NCBI GenBank assembly: GCA_964416445.1 | Contig: CAYQEE010000002.1 | Span: 42,691-106,690, forward strand | Source: an uncultured Gammaproteobacteria bacterium | GTDB taxonomy: Bacteria; Patescibacteriota; Microgenomatia; Levybacterales; UBA12049 | Length of the DNA: 64,000 nucleotides | Reading direction: 5' to 3' | Shown: positions 1-11,012 of the stretch, in pieces | How positions within the stretch are numbered: position 1 is the first letter of the stretch | How the letters are laid out: each line of letters starts with the position of its first letter | Made by a program: the position numbers and the translations under genes | The notes under the pieces: model-generated | What the model saw: the letters and a program-made list of their open reading frames with translations, nothing else | Databases searched by the model: none | What the model was told of the DNA's origin: nothing

Positions 1-170
1 AACAATTTTCTAATCTGAGCACGCTTAAAATTCCGCAAGTTATCATGCAGGGTTTAAACCAAGGAATTTCTAAGAAATCTGAAGTAACCTATAAATTAAA
101 TATCTCAGCAACTCAGCCTGCAGGTCAGTATTCAAATTTGATTGAATACATTGCTATTCCAAACTTTTAA
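1..170 (+). CDS. 3' end of an upstream ORF (partial; C-terminal ~55 aa), hypothetical protein
   Basis: Open frame from the window edge to TAA at 168-170 (…YKLNISATQPAGQYSNLIEYIAIPNF*). No recognisable domain. Confidence 0.3.
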   Translation, partial: QFSNLSTLKIPQVIMQGLNQGISKKSEVTYKLNISATQPAGQYSNLIEYIAIPNF

Positions 171-172
171 AT

Positions 173-1093
173 ATGAAAAGAAATTTAATTATCGTTAGCT
201 TTGTTTTTATAATAACTCTATTATTTACCTCAAAAGTATACGCTCAACAGGTTTCACTAGGTATTTATCCACCTATTTTCCAAATAACCGTTAATCCTCC
301 TGAAAATATAAAAGTACCATTTACTATAAAAAATTATTCTGAAACTCCTGTTATTTTAGAAATTACTATTAAACCATTCAGACCTTCAAATAAAAATGAT
401 GGAGAAATTACCTATAATAATAAAGAACGTATTTTACAAACAGTACAAATTCTTCAAGATAATCATCCTATTGACCAAATAATTCTTGGGCCTCAAGAAG
501 AAAAAACTCTTTTATTAAATTTAGATATCTCCAAGGACGAACCAGAATTTGATCATTACTTCTCAGTTTTATTTATATCTAAAGATAACTTAAATAATCT
601 TAATACATCACAAATAACAACCGCAGGTATAGCAAGCAACGTTTTAGTTTCTATTGGAAAAAATTCTAAACCAGAAGGATTTTTATCCGAGTTCACTTCT
701 CCATTCTTATTAGCCAAAGGACCAGTACCTTTTCAAGTATTAGTGCAAAATACTGGAAAACATTATATTAAACCTAATGGATCAATTGTAATACGAAATA
801 TGTTTGGCCAAGTAGTTGGAAATATTAAATTATTACCTGTAAATATTCTTTCAAATTCAAGTAGGTACTTACCAGATTCAAGCTTGAGCTCAATAATATA
901 TGCAACCTGGCCTGAGAAGTTTATACTTGGCCCTTATACAGCAGAATTAACAATTGCTTTATCCCCAGACGGACCTTTATTTAAAAAAACTATTAACTTT
1001 ATTGGTCTACCTACTTCAATATTAATTAGTCTAATAATTACATGTTTATTACTGGCACTAATTGTATATCGAGTAAAAAGAAAACTTAAATAA
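173..1093 (+). CDS. Secreted or cell-surface protein with N-terminal signal peptide and C-terminal membrane anchor
   Basis: ORF track 306 aa. N-terminal signal (MKRNLIIVSFVFIITLLFTSKVYAQQ). C-terminus LPTS + hydrophobic helix + RVKRKLK, a tripartite sorting-signal-like tail. Confidence 0.55.
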   Translation: MKRNLIIVSFVFIITLLFTSKVYAQQVSLGIYPPIFQITVNPPENIKVPFTIKNYSETPVILEITIKPFRPSNKNDGEITYNNKERILQTVQILQDNHPIDQIILGPQEEKTLLLNLDISKDEPEFDHYFSVLFISKDNLNNLNTSQITTAGIASNVLVSIGKNSKPEGFLSEFTSPFLLAKGPVPFQVLVQNTGKHYIKPNGSIVIRNMFGQVVGNIKLLPVNILSNSSRYLPDSSLSSIIYATWPEKFILGPYTAELTIALSPDGPLFKKTINFIGLPTSILISLIITCLLLALIVYRVKRKLK

Positions 1094-2157
1094 CTGTCAA
1101 TTTCTATATTCGTCAAATAATAATATTTAAATCTAAAACATATACAAGCTATCTTAAAAATAGTAAACTTTAATGTAAATATCATTTATATTGTTAATAA
1201 CCGTTCAATGATTTATCAACAATAGTTTTATTTCTTCAGACAATAAGGGTCTAGTTTAGTATATTTTAATTAAATGAAAAATTATAACATAGCATTCTTC
1301 CAATTAGTCTACTAGCAGACAATCACCATGCTTTGCTTATACTATTTTCAATTGCCTATTAAAAAAATCATAATTTAAGCATTACCTGCATTAAATGTAA
1401 AAGTAGTGAATAATGGAGAATTTAGAAATTATAGGTAACTACTTTCCTTCACTTTAATATCAATGAAGCTGAATAAAAAAGAAAAAAATAAGATAATCCT
1501 ATTAAGTAAAATGTTAAATCAATATAAAAACTAATTGCTATCAATTTCGAGTTTAAATACTATAAACAATACTTTTTCAATTATCCTATTGGCCTTAGAG
1601 ACTTTTAGACTATCAAAACAGTCTAAATGCTAATTATAAAATGACTATCACTAGCAACAAAACGCTGCTAATTGACTAGCCTATACTCCTTTTCACAAAT
1701 AAAACTCTTTATTTTTTTCACAAGTAATTTTAATAGTTAATCTTTTTTCTTATCGTTTAATAAGTTACTTTTTTTCAAAAAAAGTAGTTTTCAAAATATT
1801 TTCTTACAAATGATTGACACATAATAAAGGACATAAATAACAAGATATTCACAAGATACATTTTGTACTATTTTGAATATTATCAATTGTATATTTTTTG
1901 CGTATGTTCGGGAATATGTACGTATTTTGTTTCTATTTTCACGGATAAAATCGTTCACGGCTTACCTTATAAATATATCAATAGGTATACAAAGATATCA
2001 TCTATTTGCAAAAACTTAAACTCTGGGATATTGACAAGAGGATGTATACTATTTACTCTTATTATTAGTAGTATGTATGAAATTAGTAAGTAAAATAAAA
2101 AGTATAATCCGTATAATGTGAGGCTAATTTCTATTTTCACAATTTTCATTACTTCTT

Positions 2158-5100
2158 ATGTCAATACTAGAATCATTTAAAAATTATTTATTTTCACAAA
2201 AGAATTCAGCTTCTCTACTTACCGTTAAAAACTATTTAGCAGATGTAAGAAAATTCATTCTATGGATCGAAAGAAAATATCAAGCTTCGTTTGACCCAAA
2301 AATCATAAATGCAGAGCTATTAAACGAATATAGGGAATATTTATCTAAAAAGTTTCTATCTTCATCTGTAGAAAGACAGTTCTCTGCATTACGAAAGTTC
2401 ATTCATTATTTAACGACTACTGGTCAATTAGTTGAAAATCCATTTGAACATATTGAACAAGTTGCCCAAGCATCGCAAGATTTATGGTATTTAAAATCAT
2501 TTAGGGCCTATCTATCAAACTACAACAATTCAAAACTAACTATAAAGAACTATATAATAGATATTAAACAATTTCTTTTATGGAGCCAGGATATATTTGG
2601 CATTACAGTTGGTGATCATAAAAAAGAATTAAACAAATTAATTACACTCGAGCTCATTGAAGATTATAAACAAAAATTATTAACTGAAAAAATATATTCG
2701 ACGTCATCGGTAAACCGTAAACTATCATCCTTACGTAAATATTTTCTATGGCTAAATCATGAGAATTTAATTAACAATAATATTTCTAGAGATAATATAA
2801 CTCAAACTAATTCTAATATAGGGTCTTCATTAAGAAAAGAATTTAATATTGAAGCTATCCTTGGAAATTCTTCAGAAAGCATTGTGGCTGAGAAGCTAGA
2901 AGATAAAGAACAACTTGTAGGCGTACAAACATATTCAAAGTTTCCCCCAATAAGATTATTACAAAAAACAGTTAAAATAATTAGTTACATACTCGATAAA
3001 TTTATTATCACTCCCATTGTTCAAGTAACAATTTTGAGCCTATTTTATTCTAAACTGGCTAAGAAGAGACCGGTTTTCTCAAAAACTACAAATATACTTG
3101 CAAATAATCACACAAATTCAACTTTTTATTCATATTCTCCTTCCCTATTAACAGAATCATCTAATGAAAAACTTCGCTTCAAAATAAGTAATTATTTTTT
3201 TAATATAGGATTATCAATATCTTATAAAATCAAAAGATATCAAAATAAGTTAATTTTTAAATATTTTAACTTTATTGCATTAACTATTTTATGCACAATA
3301 ACAATTGTATCACTCTATATTACATTTTTTCGCAATAGCACTGGTTCATTAGCAACAAATTTAGCTGCGCCACCCAGGGTCTTATCATTTCAAGGACGTC
3401 TCACTGACTCCTCAAATAATCCAATTACCGCAGCGACTGATCTGCGGTTCAGTATATATAATGATCCTTCAGCTTCAAGTGCACCAGGAGAAGGATCATT
3501 AATTTGGCAAGAAGCGGATTACAATGTAGTTCCTGATTCAAATGGAATTTTCACTGTGTTGCTTGGTAGAAACGAAACGATACCCCAAAGTATCTTTTTT
3601 CAAAACACTTCACTTTACTTAGGAGTATCTATTGCAAATACAAAGGAACTTAAACCTAGACAACAATTAGCTACAGTATCTTATGCTAAAAATACTGAAG
3701 AGCTCCAAGGTATGACAACTATCACTGATCCTTCAGTTTTAAACAATCAAAATGTCATTTTAGCACTAAATAGTAATGGAGTATTAAGCATTCCCGGTAA
3801 TTCGAATACAACGTTTCAGTCACCTAATGGAGAATTTACACTAACTGGAAAAACTTTAACGCTTAGTACTGCACCAGGTACAGATACAAATATTCAATTG
3901 GCACCAGATGGGATAGGAGTGATAGATATTCAAAAGCCAATAACGAATTCAACCCTAAATAGTAATATTAGATCAGCCGATGGATCATATACTTCAGCTG
4001 GTGCTGTTGAAATTGATAAGATGCTTGGTATTCTCGCTACATCTAGTGGTCAATCAGCATTTACGATTGATCAAGAAGGACTTGGACCGGTTATAAGTGC
4101 ATCTCATAGCGGTGTCGGTATCTTCACCGTTGATACCACTGGAAATGTATCTGCAACAGGAAATATAACAGGTAATACACTTTTTACAGGAAATGGCAGT
4201 TCCTACTATATTTCTGCTAGCACTTCAAACTTGAATGGCTTAACTCTTTCTGGTAACTTAAATCTCTTGGGAAATATTACATCTAATATTACTCCCTCTG
4301 CTAGTGGCGTTTATAACTTGGGCTCTCCTACTCAATATTTTGGTACGCTTTATGCTCAAAATATTATTACGAATGCTATTAGCGGACAAAATGGGTTTTG
4401 GGAAATTAACCAAGGAGTAATCAGTCCTAGTAATTCTTCTAATGATTTTACTATTGGTGGAAATGCTACCGGATCAGCATTTCAAGTTTTTGCAAATGCC
4501 ACTGATAATGGTCCTGCCGGAACAGCCTCAACAACAGGAAACCTCGTATTTGCAGGTAATTCCCCCACTATTCAAAGTATTTCCAATAATTCTCTAACTA
4601 TCGGGGGAACAACTACGGGTAATATTATTTTATCTCCTGGAAATGGTAGCGGTTCAGTAGCTCTTACAGGTAGTTCTTCATTTATGACCGGCACAGGACT
4701 AACAACAATTGGTGGCAACTTAGTAATAAATGGCGTTTCCAACGGACCGAGCACTCTAATTCATAATCCAAACACAAATTCTAATACAATGTATGAGATA
4801 CTCCAATTAACAACAAACAATCAAGGTGTTGGGGCAGGTGGATATATACAATTTAAGGATTTAACAAATACCGACATTGCCAAAATTGGATTTAGCGATA
4901 GCAGCAATAGCGGTGGATCTCTGGTTTTTTACACTAAACCTGCAAATGGAAATGCTTTAAGTCACTCAATTGAACAAGCTAGAATAGATCCAAATGGCAA
5001 CCTTGGGTTAGGAACTATTTCACCTCTTGCAACTTTAGATATTCGAGGGAATTCAAATACTTCTCCTATTGCTTCTTTATCAGGTACTACTAATTTTGCT

Positions 5101-8100
5101 GGTTTAGTAGTAGATCAATCGGGATCAGGAGATATTATTGCTGCTTCCCAGTCAGGGTTAGCTCGTTTTACTGTATCGAATAATGGAACTATTCAGGATA
5201 GTAAATATACAATCCCAGGAGGAATAGTATATAGTACTTCTACTGGATTACTACAACAAACCACATCAGGAAATATCGGCGACTGTCTAAAGTCAAATGG
5301 AACCGGAGTTCCATCGTGGGGACCATGTGGTAATTCAGCTTGGCAACTAAACGGAAATCTTATTTCTCCTACTAACTCCAATTATGATTTAACTATTGGA
5401 GGTAGTGCTACCGGATCAGCATTTCAAGTTTTTGCAAACGCTAGCAAGAATCAGCCAGCAGGTACTGTTTCAACATCTGGTAACTTGATTTTTTCAAGCA
5501 GTTCTCCAACTATTCAAACAACCTCAGATAACATGCTTACGATAGGAGGCAACACCACAGGAGATATTAATCTAATTCCTTCTCATGGAAATGGGAGTAT
5601 CATATTAGGGAGTGGAGAGTCTGGAACTCCAAGTGCAATAACACTGCGTGGTGCAAATGCCGCAGGTTCAAACATACTAGGTGCAAATACAATCTTCGCT
5701 GCTTCGAATGGTACGGGTATGGCTGGTTCTGGAGAATTGATTTTCGAAACCGCACCAGGAGGACCAGCTCTTGATAATACTAGCGTCTCCACAAGTAATT
5801 CAAATGCTACCACTCTTACCTGGAATCATCTGGTGGGTTCTGAAAACAATATGATATTAGTTGTAGGTGTTGCGATTAATAGTAATAGTATCTCAACAGC
5901 TACCTTAACCCTCGATAATTCGACAAACTTTACGAATATAGGTAGCATAACAGCTTCAGGTACACGAAGCGAACTTTGGTATATTAAAAACCCAGGTTCA
6001 GGTAACCATACAATTGCACTAAAATTAACTGGAGCTGCACACATTACTGCTGGTGGAGCCTCGTATTATAATGTCAATCTACAAAATCCTATAGGAATAC
6101 TTAGTTCTCAATCAGGCACTAGCTCTAATGCTTTAATTACCAACACTCCTACGAATACCAACCAAGTAATTATTGATATGGTATCAACTCCAAATATAGG
6201 AGGAAATCCTTCACTGAATCAAGTAACTCTCTTTAATTCAAGTAGTTATACCGAAGGAGGAATGTCAGCAACAATAGGATCTCAAGGAAACACGCCTACT
6301 AGCTGGTCCTTTATTACGGCTACTCCATGGGCATATACTGCAGTTCCGATAAATGGGATATCCTCCGGAACATCTGATGCCTTAGCACAAAGAATGACAA
6401 TTGACCAAAAAGGTAATGTAGGTATAGGTACAATAAGTGCAGCAAGAACGTTAGATGTTAACGGAACTTGGGGTGGAAATACAGAAATTCGAGTAGATAC
6501 TATAGGGAGTGATCAAACGATTCAAGATAATGTAAAAGCAGTTGCTTACGATTTTGAGAATAATCAAGGTTCAGTAGATAAAGATGCTCGAATTACCTAT
6601 AATATTTTAGGTCTTCCTTCTACTGATGGTACATTCGCTTTTATTCATCTTGTTGCTGAAAAAGATACTACGTTAGCAAATCACCAAGATTGTATTGATG
6701 TAGAAGTTCAGAGTCAACTCGTTGAATCTGCAACTACAAATTCTGGTTGTACGTTAAACACAACAGCTTCATCATCAGCAGTTAAAGATTTTATGTTAAT
6801 TCGAACTAATGGAAACTGGCATACAGCTTCAGGAGAATCTACAAATAACTTAGCTGATTTAGCAGAATACTTTGATACAACAGGTAAATTACCTCAAGCT
6901 GGTGAACTGGTAAGTAGTGTTGATAATACACATGTATCAGAAACGCAAAGTGCATATGATTCAAAAGTAATGGGAATTGTATCAACAAATCCTAATACTA
7001 CTTATGGTGCATACTCCACTAGTTCAATTCCTTTGGCTCTTACAGGTCGAATACCTGCGATCGTCACGTCGGTAAATGGGAATATTTCAAATGGTGACTT
7101 CATTGTATCCTCCCCTTTTCCCGGAATAGGAATGAAACCCTCAAAAGAGTCCTATTCTGTAGGAAAAGCGTTAGAATCATTTACACCGACAGCCCAGACA
7201 TGTACAACTATTACATCTCTTAATAACATTCCATGGCCTGCTGATGATGGACTCAATGTTTCTAAACCTTGTTTTCAATTAAAAGTATCCTCACTAGATT
7301 TAGCTATGCAAATGATTCTTGCAATAGATTATAATCTCCAACCGACTGATACTATTTATATAGGAAAAATAATGGCTTTAGCGAATCTTTCTAATTATAA
7401 CCCTCAGATTGAATTAACTAGTACAAATAATTTCACATTAATATCACAAAATGCATCAAACATAAGCAACTATATAATTAAAGATTTTTCAGGAAAACTA
7501 GTACAGCAAGTTGCTGTGCTAAGTAACGCACTTATAGGGAATCTTAAAGCAGGCGCAATCATTAGTGAAGAACTTACAACCAATAAACTTACTATAGCTG
7601 GCCAGAGTCTAAAAGACTATATACTTGCAGTAGTTAATCAAGCAGGATTAGGATCGAATGGCACTCAAGTGATTTCACCTACTCTTCAGACAGGTGAAGT
7701 TCATACAAATATTATTTCTCCTCTCGGATCTACATCGATAGGTATCAAACTAGACAAGAATAAGATTTCAATTACTAATAACGCAAGTAATTCTGCCGTT
7801 GCGGTAATAGATAACCAAGGTAATGCTAGTTTCTCAGGAAAATTAAACTCAAATAATCTTGCAGTAAATTCTGATGCAACGATATCTGGAACGTTATATG
7901 CGCACCGAATAAAGGCTGATCAGATTGATGGACTCGCTCAAAATCTGAGCACAATTTCTGCACAAAACATAACGAATATCACAAATATTTACTATGCCAC
8001 CCCTACTCCAACGGTCCAACAGACATCCAGTGAAAGCGGAGCAATTTCTCTTAGCAATATTACAAATTCACTGCCAGATTCTCATGAAAACTATGAAAAA

Positions 8101-8853
8101 TTAAGTTCCTACTCAGCCTTCCTCTCTTATGTACCAAAATTAGAGGCTCTTACAGCACAATTTGATCAGGGTCTTATGTCTTTTGGACCCACTTCACTAT
8201 CAGATACCTCGATTACCGGCCAATTAGCAATCGGTGGGCAAATGATACTGAATGATAACGGGATAAATGTTCTAGGAACAGAATTAGCATTACAGCCATT
8301 ACGACAGGGTGGGCTGTCTCTTGAAGGCGGACAAATTAAAATAGATACCGATGGTAATATAAGCGTTAATGGAAAAGCAATATTTTATAATACACTTGCT
8401 ACAAATATACTTTCACCTATAGGAGGAAATGACTTAACAATTAAACTTGGTTCCGATACAAATGTCACTTCACAAAGTTCTTTCAAAGTAGAAAATGCAT
8501 CAAGTTCAGCAATATTTGGAATTAATCAACTTGGAGATATTTTCGCTTCAGGAGCTGCAAATATTAATAAACTGAATTTTAATGTTGTGGCACCTGCACT
8601 TGCAGTATCTGAAAACGAGGTAATTGCAACAAGTTCGGCTGGCACATCAAATATTTCGCCAAATCAACAACAAGTAACAATAGATGATTCTCTAGTTACA
8701 CAAAATTCTTTAATTTATATAACTCCAGTTGGAACCGTAAGCGCTATTGATGCACCATATTTACTGAGACAAGTTCCTCAAAAATCATTTAGTGTAGGAA
8801 TTTCACAACCTGTAGATGTTCCTATCCAATTTAATTGGCTTATTGTTAACTAA
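2158..8853 (+). CDS. Giant (2231 aa) membrane-anchored surface protein: two N-terminal integrase-type core-binding (SAM-like) domains, TM helices, ~1800-aa Ser/Thr/Asn/Gly-rich repetitive ectodomain
   Basis: Residues ~1-95 and ~100-195 match the XerC/XerD N-terminal core-binding-domain pattern (…LTVKNYLADVRKFILW…RQFSALRKFIHYL…G…NPF and …LTIKNYIIDIKQFLLW…RKLSSLRKYFLWL). No R..K..HxxR..Y catalytic domain follows. Hydrophobic helices near aa 275-300 and 365-390. The remainder is low-complexity S/T/N/G-rich with internal repeats. Confidence 0.7.
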   Translation: MSILESFKNYLFSQKNSASLLTVKNYLADVRKFILWIERKYQASFDPKIINAELLNEYREYLSKKFLSSSVERQFSALRKFIHYLTTTGQLVENPFEHIEQVAQASQDLWYLKSFRAYLSNYNNSKLTIKNYIIDIKQFLLWSQDIFGITVGDHKKELNKLITLELIEDYKQKLLTEKIYSTSSVNRKLSSLRKYFLWLNHENLINNNISRDNITQTNSNIGSSLRKEFNIEAILGNSSESIVAEKLEDKEQLVGVQTYSKFPPIRLLQKTVKIISYILDKFIITPIVQVTILSLFYSKLAKKRPVFSKTTNILANNHTNSTFYSYSPSLLTESSNEKLRFKISNYFFNIGLSISYKIKRYQNKLIFKYFNFIALTILCTITIVSLYITFFRNSTGSLATNLAAPPRVLSFQGRLTDSSNNPITAATDLRFSIYNDPSASSAPGEGSLIWQEADYNVVPDSNGIFTVLLGRNETIPQSIFFQNTSLYLGVSIANTKELKPRQQLATVSYAKNTEELQGMTTITDPSVLNNQNVILALNSNGVLSIPGNSNTTFQSPNGEFTLTGKTLTLSTAPGTDTNIQLAPDGIGVIDIQKPITNSTLNSNIRSADGSYTSAGAVEIDKMLGILATSSGQSAFTIDQEGLGPVISASHSGVGIFTVDTTGNVSATGNITGNTLFTGNGSSYYISASTSNLNGLTLSGNLNLLGNITSNITPSASGVYNLGSPTQYFGTLYAQNIITNAISGQNGFWEINQGVISPSNSSNDFTIGGNATGSAFQVFANATDNGPAGTASTTGNLVFAGNSPTIQSISNNSLTIGGTTTGNIILSPGNGSGSVALTGSSSFMTGTGLTTIGGNLVINGVSNGPSTLIHNPNTNSNTMYEILQLTTNNQGVGAGGYIQFKDLTNTDIAKIGFSDSSNSGGSLVFYTKPANGNALSHSIEQARIDPNGNLGLGTISPLATLDIRGNSNTSPIASLSGTTNFAGLVVDQSGSGDIIAASQSGLARFTVSNNGTIQDSKYTIPGGIVYSTSTGLLQQTTSGNIGDCLKSNGTGVPSWGPCGNSAWQLNGNLISPTNSNYDLTIGGSATGSAFQVFANASKNQPAGTVSTSGNLIFSSSSPTIQTTSDNMLTIGGNTTGDINLIPSHGNGSIILGSGESGTPSAITLRGANAAGSNILGANTIFAASNGTGMAGSGELIFETAPGGPALDNTSVSTSNSNATTLTWNHLVGSENNMILVVGVAINSNSISTATLTLDNSTNFTNIGSITASGTRSELWYIKNPGSGNHTIALKLTGAAHITAGGASYYNVNLQNPIGILSSQSGTSSNALITNTPTNTNQVIIDMVSTPNIGGNPSLNQVTLFNSSSYTEGGMSATIGSQGNTPTSWSFITATPWAYTAVPINGISSGTSDALAQRMTIDQKGNVGIGTISAARTLDVNGTWGGNTEIRVDTIGSDQTIQDNVKAVAYDFENNQGSVDKDARITYNILGLPSTDGTFAFIHLVAEKDTTLANHQDCIDVEVQSQLVESATTNSGCTLNTTASSSAVKDFMLIRTNGNWHTASGESTNNLADLAEYFDTTGKLPQAGELVSSVDNTHVSETQSAYDSKVMGIVSTNPNTTYGAYSTSSIPLALTGRIPAIVTSVNGNISNGDFIVSSPFPGIGMKPSKESYSVGKALESFTPTAQTCTTITSLNNIPWPADDGLNVSKPCFQLKVSSLDLAMQMILAIDYNLQPTDTIYIGKIMALANLSNYNPQIELTSTNNFTLISQNASNISNYIIKDFSGKLVQQVAVLSNALIGNLKAGAIISEELTTNKLTIAGQSLKDYILAVVNQAGLGSNGTQVISPTLQTGEVHTNIISPLGSTSIGIKLDKNKISITNNASNSAVAVIDNQGNASFSGKLNSNNLAVNSDATISGTLYAHRIKADQIDGLAQNLSTISAQNITNITNIYYATPTPTVQQTSSESGAISLSNITNSLPDSHENYEKLSSYSAFLSYVPKLEALTAQFDQGLMSFGPTSLSDTSITGQLAIGGQMILNDNGINVLGTELALQPLRQGGLSLEGGQIKIDTDGNISVNGKAIFYNTLATNILSPIGGNDLTIKLGSDTNVTSQSSFKVENASSSAIFGINQLGDIFASGAANINKLNFNVVAPALAVSENEVIATSSAGTSNISPNQQQVTIDDSLVTQNSLIYITPVGTVSAIDAPYLLRQVPQKSFSVGISQPVDVPIQFNWLIVN
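4399..5630 (+). repeat. Intragenic duplicated module (~290 bp, two copies ~942 bp apart) inside the giant surface-protein gene
   Basis: Near-identical stretches at ~4399-4690 and ~5341-5630 (e.g. accggatcagcatttcaagtttttgcaaa at 4470 and 5411). Protein: …ISPSNSSNDFTIGGNATGSAFQVFANATDNGPAGTASTTGNLVF… vs …ISPTNSNYDLTIGGSATGSAFQVFANASKNQPAGTVSTSGNLIF…. Confidence 0.8.
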
Positions 8854-8907
8854 CTTTTTTATATATTATCCTTGACATTATATAAATAGTTAGTTTAAAG
8901 TTAATAT

Positions 8908-10995
8908 ATGCAAGATAAAAAAGTGCGTTACTCTGTTACTTCAAGTAACATATTAAATTTTATCTGGGGCTTTTTCTTTATTATATTCCCTATATTCTTT
9001 CTTACATTTACAACTGAAAATTTTGTTTTACCAAAACAAATAATTGTAGGATTAATAGCTTTAGTTTCATTATTAGTTGTGGGGATAAGAACAGTATTAG
9101 ATAAAAAACTAATTTTTCGAGAATCATTTTTGGATTTACCAGTTTTCCTTTTTATACTCTCATTACTTTTATCGACTCTTTTTTCAGTAGATCGAATTAA
9201 CAGCATAATCACCTTTATTCCTGTTTTGTTTCTAGCAATTAGTTATTTCGTAATAACAAATACGGTAAGAACAGAACAAATCGCATTCTATTTCGTCTCA
9301 GCAATACTGTTAAGTGGATGTATCATAGCATTATTAGCAATCTTTACCTTTTTGAAAGCTTATATCATTCCTTTCGGATTCACTCATGTACAGTCATTTT
9401 CTCCTTTAGGAAGTCTTCTAGACCAAGCAATCTACTTAGCAGCATTAATTCCCATCACTCTTTACTTTTCGTATCCTATGCTTAAGGGCAAAAATGATGG
9501 AAGAGTATTAAGCTTTGGAATTATTTCCCTAATTTTACTTGCAGGTTTTGGAATTAGTGTTTATCAATTATTTACCTCCCAAAAACCAATAATTTTGCCT
9601 TTTACCACAGGATTCCAAATTGCATTTGCAGCAATTTCTCAAGATAGTCCAAGAATTGCACAGGGCTTCTTTCTTGGAAGTGGATTTGGTACATTCTTTA
9701 CAGCGTTTACTCGATTTAAGCAGCCTGCTTTCAATATTTATCAAAATCTCTGGTTTCTTAATTTCACCCAGTCAACGACTTTTCTCCTTGAATTACTCAC
9801 AACAACAGGATTATTAGGTGTATTATCATTCCTATTTATTCTTGCAAGAGCATTAACAAAACCATTTAAAACTATTGATAATCCTCTCTTCTTTTCGATC
9901 GTTATACTAGGAATTACCGCATTTGTTTTCCCTTATTCTTTTACTATCCTTGCGTTATTATTCTTTTTATTAGCAATATTCTCAGCAGCTGAAGGCATGA
10001 AAAATCCAGAGAAGTCATTTGATCTCGAGTTATCCCTAATTGCACTAAAAAAAAATCTATTCAACATTCATTCAGAACAACATGGTTCACACAAACCAAG
10101 TCAAGCATTACCAATAACGTTTTTAATATTAGTACTCATAGTTACAGGTTTAATTGGATTCTTTTCTGTAAAATATGTCATTGCAGACATCCTTTTTGAT
10201 CAATCATTAGTAGCAGCTGCAAACAACAATGGTTCAATAACTTATCAAAAACAAGTTGATGCAATTACCATGTTTCCCTACAATGATGGTTTTTACCGAA
10301 TATTTTCACAAACAAACTTATCTATAGCAAATTCATTACTCGCATTAAACGCAAGTCATCAATCCTCAAATTCTCAGAATCAATCAACGGCTCTAAATCT
10401 CATTCAACAATCAATTAATGTAGCTCGAACAGCTACAACATTGTCGCCTATGGACACATTAAATTGGCAGAATCTAGCTTCAGTCTACCGTAGTTTAATT
10501 AATTTTGGTCAAAATGCTGATCAGTTTGCAATTGCAACAACACAACAAGCAATTGTGTTAGACTCAGCTAATCCCCAAGAATACCTGACACTAGGAGGAA
10601 TTTATTACCAACTTGGTCAATATGATAATGCAATAAGACAATTCCAAATTGCTGTAAATCTTAAGCCAGATTATCCAAATGCCTATTACAATTTGGGACA
10701 TGCATATGAAGCCAAGGGAGATTTACAAAACGCCCTCAGTAATTATCAAGCCGTTAGGACATTAATCCAAAGTGATAAAACTAATCTTGCTAAAATAAAT
10801 AGTGAAATTGATGCATTGAATTCGAAAATAAATAGTAATACGAGTCAATCTCAAACAAATACCAAGCCAACAACTGAAGTTACACCATCAGCAACTCCTC
10901 AACAATTAAACTTAAATCAATCAACAACACAACTTCCAAAACAAACAAACCAAATTAAGTTACCTCCTCCAACGGCAACTAATTCAGCAAAATAA
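8908..10995 (+). CDS. Polytopic membrane protein, O-antigen ligase (Wzy_C)-like, with C-terminal TPR repeats
   Basis: 695 aa. About 10-12 predicted TM helices in the first 430 aa. C-terminal TPR units (…YLTLGGIYYQLGQYDNAIRQFQIAVNLKPDYPNAYYNLGHAYEAKGDLQNALSNYQ…). This architecture is typical of Wzy_C/O-antigen-ligase family proteins. The family call is from architecture only. Confidence 0.4.
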   Translation: MQDKKVRYSVTSSNILNFIWGFFFIIFPIFFLTFTTENFVLPKQIIVGLIALVSLLVVGIRTVLDKKLIFRESFLDLPVFLFILSLLLSTLFSVDRINSIITFIPVLFLAISYFVITNTVRTEQIAFYFVSAILLSGCIIALLAIFTFLKAYIIPFGFTHVQSFSPLGSLLDQAIYLAALIPITLYFSYPMLKGKNDGRVLSFGIISLILLAGFGISVYQLFTSQKPIILPFTTGFQIAFAAISQDSPRIAQGFFLGSGFGTFFTAFTRFKQPAFNIYQNLWFLNFTQSTTFLLELLTTTGLLGVLSFLFILARALTKPFKTIDNPLFFSIVILGITAFVFPYSFTILALLFFLLAIFSAAEGMKNPEKSFDLELSLIALKKNLFNIHSEQHGSHKPSQALPITFLILVLIVTGLIGFFSVKYVIADILFDQSLVAAANNNGSITYQKQVDAITMFPYNDGFYRIFSQTNLSIANSLLALNASHQSSNSQNQSTALNLIQQSINVARTATTLSPMDTLNWQNLASVYRSLINFGQNADQFAIATTQQAIVLDSANPQEYLTLGGIYYQLGQYDNAIRQFQIAVNLKPDYPNAYYNLGHAYEAKGDLQNALSNYQAVRTLIQSDKTNLAKINSEIDALNSKINSNTSQSQTNTKPTTEVTPSATPQQLNLNQSTTQLPKQTNQIKLPPPTATNSAK

Positions 10996-11012
10996 TAACT
11001 ATTACGAATAAA

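Noticed and set aside
8873-8900. Promoter-like TTGACA upstream of the Wzy_C-like gene
   Set aside because: No convincing -10 element at proper spacing, so it was not reported as a feature.
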